The notes beneath the pieces are model-generated. The model saw only the letters and a list, made by a program, of their open reading frames with translations, had not been told where the DNA came from and did no database searches. The position numbers and the translations under genes are program-made. From an uncultured Acidaminobacter sp. (GTDB lineage Bacteria; Bacillota; Clostridia; Peptostreptococcales; Acidaminobacteraceae), in NCBI GenBank assembly GCA_963665925.1, contig OY762511.1, forward strand, positions 9,327 through 73,326: a stretch of 64,000 nucleotides of DNA, written 5' to 3'. Shown here piece by piece: positions 39,642 to 48,284 of this stretch; position 1 is the stretch's first letter, and the number at the start of each line of letters is the position of its first letter.

Positions 39642-39997
39642 GCTTCGCCCTCCCTCATTCTCATAATTTCGTCCAGTTGCAATGTTCCATAAATACTGTG
39701 AAGACGTATTGTCAGTGCCAGCGAAAACGCAGTCATGCTTACCGCTACAACAATGCCCGTAAGCATGAGTCCCGATGGGATGGGATTCACGTAGTTCGCA
39801 ATACCAGCAGCCTTGATTGGCGCATGAGCGCCATCAATGTATCCTATGGAGATAAAATATAGAAATATGGACGTGTCCATGATGTTCAGTCCAATAATTT
39901 TCTTGATCAGATTATTGTGTATGAGCAATGTCGTGAATCCGATAGCGAAAAGAATAATGGATCCGACTTCAATGAAATCGCTCGTAAGAATATTCAT
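39638..39997 (-). CDS. mnhC: Mrp antiporter subunit C
   Basis: NLIKKIIGL, NPIPSGLMLTGIVV. Confidence 0.9.
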   Translation of the reverse strand: MNILTSDFIEVGSIILFAIGFTTLLIHNNLIKKIIGLNIMDTSIFLYFISIGYIDGAHAPIKAAGIANYVNPIPSGLMLTGIVVAVSMTAFSLALTIRLHSIYGTLQLDEIMRMREGEA

Positions 39998-40434
39998 TGC
40001 TTCTCCTCCACATTTTCCATGACGATGGGTTCATTAAATAGGTCAAATATCAGTACGAATGAAAACATGACAATTATGCCGATTAGGATGTTGAGTACGG
40101 GAATAACACCACCACTGACAAGACTTCCCTGCGTACCCTTTGGCCAGGTCACGAGATGGGTATGTGTAGCGCCTTCAAAAAAAGCAATCCCCTTGATGAG
40201 TCCATACCCCACCAGACTGAAGGATACGCCTTTCATGCAGACTGCTTTTGTAACAATTTGCGGACGCTTGCTCTCCGAATTTAGAAACCGCTCCAGAATG
40301 AGTCCTGTAGCCAGTATGCTGCCACCTGCAAAACCACCGCCTGGAGAAAGATGCCCAAAGACGGTTACATAGGCGCCAAAGATAAGGATGAAGGGTACAA
40401 TATTGCGTATGACGGTTTGTATGATGAGTGTCAT
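39994..40434 (-). CDS. mnhB: Mrp antiporter subunit B
   Basis: GHLSPGGGFAGG. Confidence 0.9.
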   Translation of the reverse strand: MTLIIQTVIRNIVPFILIFGAYVTVFGHLSPGGGFAGGSILATGLILERFLNSESKRPQIVTKAVCMKGVSFSLVGYGLIKGIAFFEGATHTHLVTWPKGTQGSLVSGGVIPVLNILIGIIVMFSFVLIFDLFNEPIVMENVEEKQ

Positions 40435-40709
40435 GTTATTGCACCACCCTTCAATACAGCAATTACAGAAATGACTGCTGTGAAAAATACGATTGATTCT
40501 ACAAAGGTGTCAAAAGCGCGATAATCAAGAATCATTCCAGACACCATATTCACGGCGCCTGTTTCAGCTGGACCTTCTTCAACGTACTTGACCATAACCT
40601 CGTTGTGCGCGGGGTTGTCCGGTCGTCCAAACTCTGGAAAGTCCGTCAGGCCATAGAGTAAAATCAAGGCGAGGCAAGCTGCTACGCCTATTGAAATAAA
40701 CTGCTTCAT
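40431..40709 (-). CDS. MbhE-like small subunit (split MrpA C-terminal part)
   Basis: NMVSGMILDYRAFDTFVE motif. Confidence 0.82.
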   Translation of the reverse strand: MKQFISIGVAACLALILLYGLTDFPEFGRPDNPAHNEVMVKYVEEGPAETGAVNMVSGMILDYRAFDTFVESIVFFTAVISVIAVLKGGAIT

Positions 40710-40945
40710 GCGCTGAGTCCCTTAATTTTTCTCAGTGTCAGCACAAATAGAACCGATGTTAAGCCTGCACCAACTGCAGCTTCCGTGATTGCAAGATCTG
40801 GAGCATTCATTTGCTGCCATAGAAGTGCCATCATCAGACTGTATACCATGAAAATGATTACTGCGCCAAGCAGATTCCTAATTGCGCTTGCAGCGACAGC
40901 ACCAATCATCATTACTACTAAAAGTACTATGTTAAACCATGTCAT
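40706..40945 (-). CDS. DUF4040/MbhD-like small subunit
   Basis: APDLAITEAAVGAG motif. Confidence 0.85.
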   Translation of the reverse strand: MTWFNIVLLVVMMIGAVAASAIRNLLGAVIIFMVYSLMMALLWQQMNAPDLAITEAAVGAGLTSVLFVLTLRKIKGLSA

Positions 40946-41235
40946 ATGCTTTCATCTCCTTTCGAGTTTCGCCAAATTGCTCTAGCAATCGCATGGGTCG
41001 CAGTTGGATTCGTTATCCAAAGGAATACAATTACCAGCAATAGCTTCAATGAAGCAAGTGTGTAACCTGTCTGTAAAATCAATCCTGTAAGGATGAGGAT
41101 TGCACCCAGCGTATCGCATTTTGCGGCACCATGGGCACGTGTCAGGGCATCGGGGAATCTGATGAGTCCCAGTGCACCTACAAAGAAAAAGAAAACGCCG
41201 CCAAACACAAGCAATGTTGAAATGGCATTAAACAT
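40942..41235 (-). CDS. mnhG: Mrp antiporter subunit G
   Basis: GLIRFPD..TRAHGAAKCDTLG, NPTATHAIA. Confidence 0.92.
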   Translation of the reverse strand: MFNAISTLLVFGGVFFFFVGALGLIRFPDALTRAHGAAKCDTLGAILILTGLILQTGYTLASLKLLLVIVFLWITNPTATHAIARAIWRNSKGDESI

Positions 41236-41512
41236 TCCCGCTGCCCCTTTCAGCGCGGCTTCTCTGATACAGCTCCTTAGCTATGAAGAGTGATGCCGTA
41301 AAACTGATTAGAGCGTATACAAGAACCACGTCGAAAAAGAACTTTTCTTTCAAAATCAATGAGATCACAGCCATGAGAACCAGTGTCTTGGTACCTATGA
41401 CATTGATGGAAATCAGTCTGTCTCCCTTAGTTGGTCCGACAACAGCGCGGTAAAGCGCCATAATAATTGTCAGTCCTATAAATGAGCATGCGATAATTAG
41501 ATTGTGTGTCAT
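41228..41512 (-). CDS. mnhF: Mrp antiporter subunit F
   Basis: RAVVGPTKGDRL, DVVLVYALISF; start at the ATG after GGAGG. Confidence 0.9.
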   Translation of the reverse strand: MTHNLIIACSFIGLTIIMALYRAVVGPTKGDRLISINVIGTKTLVLMAVISLILKEKFFFDVVLVYALISFTASLFIAKELYQRSRAERGSGNV

Positions 41513-41513
41513 T

Positions 41514-41987
41514 TTAAACCTCCTGAATTCGTAAAAGCGTTTTTTCAAACGCATTGCCAGTTAATGAATCCGCATATGCCTTGTTAAGACAATGAATCAC
41601 CAGCATCTCGCCCTCGATATCGACCGTCATCGTGCCCGGGGTCAATGTAATCGAATTCGCCAGAACGGTTTTCAGAAAATCTGATCGTATCGCTGTCTGA
41701 TACTCGACAATCTCCGGCCGTATGGGTAGACGCTTTGACAGCACAATGGCTGCCACCTGGAAGTTGGCTACCGCTATTGCTAAAAGGAGCTGGAGCACGA
41801 AGAGTATCCAAAGCGGCAAGGCTCTGATACACTTGGCTGCCGATGCGATTTTTAGCGATCCGCTCCAATATGTAAAAACAACTCCCGATATTATAAGTCC
41901 TGCAATCAGACTTGCTGGTGTAATACGTTCTGCAAGTACTGTCCAGAATGCAAGAAAAAGCATTATATAGATAAACCTACTTTTCAA
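41514..41987 (-). CDS. mnhE: Mrp antiporter subunit E
   Basis: LANSITLTPGTMTVD; TTG start after GGAGG. Confidence 0.92.
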   Translation of the reverse strand: MKSRFIYIMLFLAFWTVLAERITPASLIAGLIISGVVFTYWSGSLKIASAAKCIRALPLWILFVLQLLLAIAVANFQVAAIVLSKRLPIRPEIVEYQTAIRSDFLKTVLANSITLTPGTMTVDIEGEMLVIHCLNKAYADSLTGNAFEKTLLRIQEV

Positions 41988-42022
41988 CTGGGTACCTCCT
42001 GTGTGTGCCATAACTATATATA

Positions 42023-42039
42023 CGCAATATGTATGCCAA
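42023..42039 (-). promoter_or_regulatory. sigma54 (-24/-12) promoter of the Mrp-like operon
   Basis: Minus strand TTGGCATACATATTGCG: GG-N10-GC spacing, about 35 nt upstream of the mnhE start. Confidence 0.85.
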
Positions 42040-42155
42040 CTCTATCCATTTTTACTCCAAATGCTTACATCCCTTGAAAACACCTATCATAAAGATTTTT
42101 AAAGCTTAGAAACCCTTCATAATTCGTTATAATTTTCACGTATTTGCAGTGTATT

Positions 42156-42236
42156 TGTTTCATTTTGGTGCACATTAGCCTTTTTTGCCCAAAGTTAATG
42201 CCCCACAATGAAACATGTGTTTCATTGTGGGGCATT
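42156..42236. promoter_or_regulatory. three candidate EBP upstream activator sites; two form the EBP gene terminator hairpin
   Basis: TGC(A/C)CCA(A/C)AATGAAACA at 42156-42172 (rc), 42199-42215 and 42218-42234 (rc); 42197-42236 is a palindrome with 19-bp arms. Confidence 0.65.
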
Positions 42237-42259
42237 TCGTTGTTCATATTACCCTTAAA

Positions 42260-44254
42260 TCAGACTGTTAATCCGAACTTTTCAATTTTCCGGTATAAAG
42301 TCGTACGACCAATTCCCAGCGCCTTTGCAGCCTTGACCAGATTGCCGTCATGCGCTGCAATCGCAGCCTGTATGGCCTCCTGTTCAACCTTGGCCAACGG
42401 TTTTACTTCATAGCCCTTTTCCGCGACAGGTATATCATCCCGAACATTATTCTTCATGTACTCAGGCAAATGGCGTGCGGTCAGCACACTGCCATCACTC
42501 ACCAGGCTTGAAATGAGCTGCATGACATTCTGAAGCTCTCGCACATTTCCCGGCCAGCTGTATGAAGTCATGGCGTTGTAAAAGCTTTGCGTTATGTCGA
42601 CACCTGCGACGTTGGCACCTTTTCTGAACTGATTGTAGAAAAAGTCAATCAATATGGGCACATCACTTTTTCGCTCCCTAAGTGCAGGCGTGTGAATCGG
42701 CATGACATTGAGCCTGAAGTAGAGGTCCTGACGGAAGTTGCCCCGTTCCACCTCTTTTGCCAGATCCTTATGGGTCGCCGCTATGACACGTACATCCACA
42801 GGAATAACATCATGCCCTCCTACGCGGACGACTTCCTTTGTTTCAAGAACACGCAGGAGATTTGCCTGGGTATCGAGAGGCATATCGCCTATTTCATCAA
42901 GAAAGAGGGTTCCCCCGTCAGCCAACTCAAATTTTCCAGGTTGGCCGCCCTTACGCGCACCAGTGAATGCACCTTCCACATATCCGAAGAGTTCACTTGC
43001 GACAAGGTCACGTGGAATTGCACCACAGTTGATGAAGACAAATGGGTTCGACCGCCGCTGAGAGGTGTTATGAATGCTCTGTGCAAAAAGCTCCTTGCCC
43101 GTACCACTCTCTCCTGTTAGAAGGATGGTTGCCTCAGTGTCTGAAACCAGCTTTGCCAGCCTTATGGCTTCCTTGATTTCTTCACTTTCACCCAGTATGT
43201 CTTCGAAATTGTAAATTGCCTTGGCCCCGGTAAATCGGTTGACCAGATTGTGAATATCCTTGGCTTCTCTAAAGGTGAGAACAAGTTCCTTGAAGGGATC
43301 GTTGGGCTCAGAGATGGGTGTGGCATTTACAATAACGGATTTTTTCCTGCTTCCAGGTGCACCGAAATTGATTTCTTCCTCTTTAAGACGAGAACCTGAT
43401 TTAGCCAGCTTCAGGATTTTCCTGGCCTGATCACTCTGTATCACATCTCTGATATTACCCCCGATTGCCGCGGAGTCTCTGACCCTAAAGTACCTTCTTG
43501 CGAAAAGATTGATGTCTCGAATGATCCCCCGTTCATCAATACAAATGATGCCTTCCGAAATCGACTCCATGATTGCATTAAAGTGCTCATTTTTCCTTTT
43601 TAAGTCCTGATTGGACTTTTCAAGTTTGATTTCATGTTCAATGGCCAGGGCAGATGCCATAACCATGCCAAGGGTATGCGGATGTACAAGCTCGTAGTCC
43701 CCCGACATACTCAGCACTGCCACTAGATTGTCTTCCTCGTCTTTTATCGGCGCAGCTGAGGTTGTCCACCCGTGATAGTCCGCCCTATAATGCTCCGCCC
43801 CCAGAACTTGGAGGGGAATCCCCTTAGCGAGCGCGATTCCAATAGCATTTGTTCCAATAATCTCTTCCTTCACGTTTGTCCCCTTATAAAGGTGAAGGAC
43901 TTTGTGGCTTTCAAATACGAGTTCGTCCCCAAAGCATTCAAGAACATAACCGTCTTTGTCTGTCAGCCTGACTATCAGGCCAGCCTCTCCAACAGTTCTG
44001 TAGAGCGTATCCATGAAGGGCTTTGCTATATCAAGAACGGGTCCAAGGTCTTCGTAGCGCTTTTTTAAGGATGGCCCGTCAATTTCAATGTTGACCTCAG
44101 AAGAATGGGCATCGACTTCATAACGCCTGCTTCTGATCCATGAATCTGCAATGATTGGCCTGAGAACCTCTCTGTCCATTTTTCCTTCTTGAACGAATTC
44201 AAGCCAGGCTTTTTCAAAAAGTTCGTTCTCTTCCAGCATTCTTTTACCTGGCAT
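42260..44254 (-). CDS. sigma54-dependent enhancer-binding protein, GAF-PAS-AAA+-HTH (AcoR/DhaR type)
   Basis: SWIRS...GTNAIG GAF, GESGTGKE, GAFTGA, DEIGDM, WPGNVREL, Fis-type HTH GIGRTTLYRK. Confidence 0.95.
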   Translation of the reverse strand: MPGKRMLEENELFEKAWLEFVQEGKMDREVLRPIIADSWIRSRRYEVDAHSSEVNIEIDGPSLKKRYEDLGPVLDIAKPFMDTLYRTVGEAGLIVRLTDKDGYVLECFGDELVFESHKVLHLYKGTNVKEEIIGTNAIGIALAKGIPLQVLGAEHYRADYHGWTTSAAPIKDEEDNLVAVLSMSGDYELVHPHTLGMVMASALAIEHEIKLEKSNQDLKRKNEHFNAIMESISEGIICIDERGIIRDINLFARRYFRVRDSAAIGGNIRDVIQSDQARKILKLAKSGSRLKEEEINFGAPGSRKKSVIVNATPISEPNDPFKELVLTFREAKDIHNLVNRFTGAKAIYNFEDILGESEEIKEAIRLAKLVSDTEATILLTGESGTGKELFAQSIHNTSQRRSNPFVFINCGAIPRDLVASELFGYVEGAFTGARKGGQPGKFELADGGTLFLDEIGDMPLDTQANLLRVLETKEVVRVGGHDVIPVDVRVIAATHKDLAKEVERGNFRQDLYFRLNVMPIHTPALRERKSDVPILIDFFYNQFRKGANVAGVDITQSFYNAMTSYSWPGNVRELQNVMQLISSLVSDGSVLTARHLPEYMKNNVRDDIPVAEKGYEVKPLAKVEQEAIQAAIAAHDGNLVKAAKALGIGRTTLYRKIEKFGLTV

Positions 44255-44879
44255 CTTCTTCCCCCGATTCCTTCTCTATCTGAATATGAAAGCTTCGGCT
44301 AGCGCTAAAATTGCCGCTGCTGGCCTTGACAATCACCGTTATTTTAAACAGTCCCCGCTTATTCCGGTCGACCCCCAGATTGATGTTTTTTGAAGTCTTT
44401 GGCGCCAGATCTCCAATCTCTATGCTTCCATAAAAATCATTGTCCTTTTCAATCATGATTTCAATGCCGCGTGCACGGCGCGTACCCCTGTTATGGATGT
44501 ACACCTTATAATAGAGTTCCCGTTCACTGTCCTTCACCTTATAGCGCTTGAGCTTTCCAATCTGCAGCTCGACATTCCCCATCCATGTAAAATCTCGCAG
44601 TGCTTCCTGATGGGGCTCTGCACCAAGTCGCACGCCCACTGAGCTGAGCTCATCGCTTATATTATTTGTAAGAAGCATCTCCACTGTCTTCGCCTCTCCC
44701 GGATCAAGCCCAGGAAGCGTGACAGGGCGCGCAATATCCCCCATGATAATTTCTGCCGGAACCTTATTCACGCTCTCATCACCCGCGTTTTCATATTTAA
44801 AGAAAAACCGAACCTCCTGCTGCGTCATGAGCGGCTGTTCCGTTTCCGTGTAAAAATCAAGTGCTCTTATATCTTTCAT
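44244..44879 (-). CDS. hypothetical protein with two CARDB/Ig-like repeats
   Basis: ENAG...LPGLDPGEAKTV and HNRG...IGDLAPKTSKNI; no signal peptide; overlaps the EBP start. Confidence 0.6.
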   Translation of the reverse strand: MKDIRALDFYTETEQPLMTQQEVRFFFKYENAGDESVNKVPAEIIMGDIARPVTLPGLDPGEAKTVEMLLTNNISDELSSVGVRLGAEPHQEALRDFTWMGNVELQIGKLKRYKVKDSERELYYKVYIHNRGTRRARGIEIMIEKDNDFYGSIEIGDLAPKTSKNINLGVDRNKRGLFKITVIVKASSGNFSASRSFHIQIEKESGEEDAR

Positions 44880-44995
44880 ATTCTCACCTCAGCTAAAAGC
44901 AGGTCCATATGTTTCATTTCAATACACTTTTTCATTATAGCATAAATATGTAAATGCGGCGCGCGCACGATTCGTCTGGAAAAGAAGACAAAACG

Positions 44996-45022
44996 AAAGC
45001 CCCTTTAATCCAAAGGGGCTTT
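44996..45022 (-). terminator. terminator after the flagellin-like gene
   Basis: AAAGCCCCTTT-AATCC-AAAGGGGCTTT. Confidence 0.75.
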
Positions 45023-45029
45023 CCATGAT

Positions 45030-45773
45030 TTATCCAAGTATGTTCAATGATGTTTTTTCCTGCTCCTGTCGCATGGCCTGTGTCTGTGTTTGAATCTGCT
45101 GTTTCAATTGAGACTGACGCAGTTCCATGATCGACTTCTCAAAATCTTCATCAAGGGCTGTCGACCGAGCACTCAGGGTATTTTCACGTGCAACTTCATT
45201 ATAGCGGATATTTGACTCCAGACTATTTGTAGTCGCACCCAAATCCGAACGCGCCTCACTGACACTGTTGATTGCATCATCTAGGGTGTCGATGTCAAAC
45301 TCCTCGGTCACATCAAAATCTGCAATTCCCAATGTCTCCAAGGATGTGTTCTGGATTTGCATTTGTCGGCCCTGATTGGCATTTGCACCCGTCTGGACAT
45401 TTCCATCGAAGCCGTCAAATAGCTTGATGGTATTGAATTCCGTATTTCTAAGGGCATCGTTTATGCTGCTTTTCAGGCCTTCAATTTCTTCTTGAATAGC
45501 ACCCTTATCTTCAGCAGTCATAATACCATTGCCTGCCTGAACAGCAAGCTCTCGCATACGTCCCAGATTATCTGAAACGCTATTAAGAGCACCTTCGGCA
45601 GTTTTTGCCATGTTTACAGCATCTTGTGCATTATTCACACCCTGCTCTAACCCACGCTCTTGTGAAGTCATTTTTTCTGATATTGGGATGGAAGCAGGTT
45701 TTGAAGAAGATGCTGCGCCTTGAAGCATTTGATTCAGATTGGCATAACTCGTATCTACCTTCAAATTAATCAC
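45030..45773 (-). CDS. short divergent flagellin-like protein
   Basis: ISEKMTSQERGL, TAEGAL, RMRELAVQA, TEFN, RSDLGA..N; terminal D0 motifs degenerate. Confidence 0.85.
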   Translation of the reverse strand: MINLKVDTSYANLNQMLQGAASSSKPASIPISEKMTSQERGLEQGVNNAQDAVNMAKTAEGALNSVSDNLGRMRELAVQAGNGIMTAEDKGAIQEEIEGLKSSINDALRNTEFNTIKLFDGFDGNVQTGANANQGRQMQIQNTSLETLGIADFDVTEEFDIDTLDDAINSVSEARSDLGATTNSLESNIRYNEVARENTLSARSTALDEDFEKSIMELRQSQLKQQIQTQTQAMRQEQEKTSLNILG

Positions 45774-45833
45774 CTCGCAACCTTTTGTTCACATGGTATT
45801 TATACCCGATATGGACAGCTCTACGCAAACGTC

Positions 45834-46535
45834 CTATTCCGCTGCCGGCTCAGGCTGATACATTCTGGTGTACTCAATATATCCCAAAAGTTGTTCTGTT
45901 TCAAGGTATCCCGGAACACTACCAACTAAAGTCCCTTCCGGTGATATGAAGACGGTTGTTGGAAATCCAGTTACATAGAAGAGTTGAGAAAACTGGCCAT
46001 CCGAGTCCATAAAAACCGGGAATGTCACACCATGCTCTTCAAGATAAGGCATGAGTTCAGCCTCTGTTTCATTGACATCGACACCAATAACTACGAGGTC
46101 ATCCATTTCTTCAAACTGCTTTTGCAGGGCAGGAATTTCTTTTTTACAGTAGCTGCACCAGGTTGTAAAAAAGGCCATTACAACAACTTTGCCTTCATAC
46201 TGGTCAAGACGTATAGTAGACCCATCTATCAGGTCCAGCTCGTAAGGCGGTATTTTCTTATCACGTACTGGGAACTGCGCAGCATCGGAACTGCCCTCTT
46301 CACCAACTGCCTGCGTTTCAGTTTCTACTTGAGCGGTTTCAGAACCGGCACTCTCCGGTGCAGGCTCAGCTTGCGCTTGTTCTGCTGGTTCTTCTTCTGT
46401 ATTCACTGGCTCCTGGGTACCCGTCGCTGTATCGGTCGCGTCCTGATCTATCGCCATTTCCTGCGTACCGCTTTGACACGCCGTCAACGTCAGTACCGCC
46501 GCTAAAACCAAGGCTAAGTATTTGAATTTTCTCAT
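45834..46535 (-). CDS. TlpA-family thiol:disulfide oxidoreductase lipoprotein
   Basis: Lipobox LTLTAC, WCSYC, GFPTT. Confidence 0.9.
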   Translation of the reverse strand: MRKFKYLALVLAAVLTLTACQSGTQEMAIDQDATDTATGTQEPVNTEEEPAEQAQAEPAPESAGSETAQVETETQAVGEEGSSDAAQFPVRDKKIPPYELDLIDGSTIRLDQYEGKVVVMAFFTTWCSYCKKEIPALQKQFEEMDDLVVIGVDVNETEAELMPYLEEHGVTFPVFMDSDGQFSQLFYVTGFPTTVFISPEGTLVGSVPGYLETEQLLGYIEYTRMYQPEPAAE

Positions 46536-46572
46536 TGTGATCCCTCTCTCCATTTCAATGCATTCCTATTCT

Positions 46573-47262
46573 CTATATCAAAAAACGTGTTATCAGACTC
46601 ACACGATCAAAGAATATGAGCAGTCCAAACAGAATCATTATAAATCCGCCCACCTTCAATACGATTGGTACAACCCGCTCCATACGCTGAAGAAACTTAG
46701 CGAAAATGCCAATAAACAGCGCCGTCAGCAGAAATGGGATACCCATCCCCAGTGAATAGACAAGGAGGAGGAGCATTCCCTTTGTCACGGTTGCAGCACC
46801 GCCAGCCATGACAAGAATGCCTGCAAGGACCGGTCCAAAGCAAGGTGTCCACCCAGCGGCAAACGCCATGCCCATTATGAAAGCTCCCAAGTTGGCACCC
46901 AGGCCCTGGGGCATTCTGATTCCACTTGATTTCAGGGGAGACTTGACCAGGCCTGCCAGTACCAGACCAAAGAAAATGATAATCAGCCCTGAAAGCTTTG
47001 AAAATACCATTCTGTTCTGGACAAAAATCCGTCCCAAGAGGGATGCGGATGTACCCATAATGACAAAGATAACTGTAAATCCTAAAATGAACAGCAGGGT
47101 TCTTCCGACTGCCAGCTTCCTGTTCGATGCCACATCCTCCTCGAGGCTCGCCCCGGTAATGAACATGATGTAGGCAGGAATCATAGGAAGAATGCAAGGT
47201 GTAAAGAAAGATAAAACACCTGCTGTCAGCGCCGCAATATAGCTGATATCAACAAACGGCAT
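46573..47262 (-). CDS. ccdA: cytochrome c biogenesis CcdA/DsbD family protein
   Basis: SFFTPCILP and WTPCFGP Cys motifs. Confidence 0.92.
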   Translation of the reverse strand: MPFVDISYIAALTAGVLSFFTPCILPMIPAYIMFITGASLEEDVASNRKLAVGRTLLFILGFTVIFVIMGTSASLLGRIFVQNRMVFSKLSGLIIIFFGLVLAGLVKSPLKSSGIRMPQGLGANLGAFIMGMAFAAGWTPCFGPVLAGILVMAGGAATVTKGMLLLLVYSLGMGIPFLLTALFIGIFAKFLQRMERVVPIVLKVGGFIMILFGLLIFFDRVSLITRFLI

Positions 47263-47372
47263 AATTCCACCTCTTTTCGGTATAGTATATGTACCCCATT
47301 TGGCCTGTTCAAATACTACATTTCTGTGAACAGTATATTATCATTATAGTGGATATGGGTTTCACTTACAAT

Positions 47373-47406
47373 AAAAAACACCCTCCCCATAGGGGTTGGT
47401 GTTTTG
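47373..47406 (-). terminator. terminator closing the valS-folC-rimK operon
   Basis: Minus strand AAAACACC...GGTGTTTTTT just after the rimK stop. Confidence 0.7.
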
Positions 47407-47417
47407 TCTGACATCTG

Positions 47418-48284
47418 CTATTTCATTTTTCCACTGATATACTTGAACAAAAGACTTGGGATATCAGTATCTGAAGTAATACACACCGTTCTGAATCCAG
47501 GAATGGCATTTACCTCGCATACCGTTACCCCCTCATGTGTTTCCAGGAGGTCCACACCAGCGAAATCCAAATTCAAGGCATTCGCAGACCGAATCGCCAC
47601 GTGCGCCATTTCCGCCGTAAGCGCAACTGGCTCCGCACTTCCACCCTGGTGGTAGTTGGACTTGAAATCTCCTTCAGATTTTCTTCTAACCGCTGCAACG
47701 ACTTCTCCGCCGATGACATGAACGCGTATGTCCGTACCCGCGCTTTCTGCGACAAACTTCTGATACATGACCCGGTGTGAGGGGAGGTGTTCATGCGCCC
47801 GCTCCAGCTGGACACTGGAATCAGCCAGAAAGACTTCTTCTCCCTTTGACCCATAGAGACCCTTTATTACAAAAGGTGCCCCGAGATGCTTGGCAATTGT
47901 ATCAAACGCGAGCTTGCCAGATGCAATAATGGACTTTGGTGAAGCGATGTCATGCTTGGCAAGGCATTGATGTGTCGCCCATTTGTCCTGGGCGCAAAGC
48001 ATGGCTTCAGGCGTGTTGAACACACGTACGCCGGACAACTCCAGATGCTTTGCCAAATCAATCCCATAGCTGCGCATCATGGCAAAGTCAGGCAGCTGAA
48101 CCCCTTGACCGTTCATAAAAAACTGCAGGCTGTCCGCGTCTGTCATAAGTGTAAAATCCTCTTCAAAAAGAATTTCAACCTCAAGACCATATTTAAGTGC
48201 CGAGTCACGCATCCAGTCAAAGGCATTATCTCCAAACTTGGAGCTCAGCGTATCCCTGGAGTAAATTACCCATCCTCTTTTCAT
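47418..48284 (-). CDS. RimK-family ATP-grasp amino acid ligase
   Basis: AQDKW, VIKGLYGSKG, DIRV, FKSNYHQGG, GVD...EVNAIPG; ATGA overlap with the upstream gene. Confidence 0.9.
   Translation of the reverse strand: MKRGWVIYSRDTLSSKFGDNAFDWMRDSALKYGLEVEILFEEDFTLMTDADSLQFFMNGQGVQLPDFAMMRSYGIDLAKHLELSGVRVFNTPEAMLCAQDKWATHQCLAKHDIASPKSIIASGKLAFDTIAKHLGAPFVIKGLYGSKGEEVFLADSSVQLERAHEHLPSHRVMYQKFVAESAGTDIRVHVIGGEVVAAVRRKSEGDFKSNYHQGGSAEPVALTAEMAHVAIRSANALNLDFAGVDLLETHEGVTVCEVNAIPGFRTVCITSDTDIPSLLFKYISGKMK

Noticed and set aside
34650-41987. Membrane-bound hydrogenase or complex I operon
   Set aside because: No NuoH/MbhM, NuoB/C/D/I or NiFe catalytic subunit; a terminator follows the last membrane subunit.
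45805-45812. sigma28 -10 element (CCCGATAT) for the flagellin-like gene
   Set aside because: It is on the wrong strand and has no matching TAAA -35.
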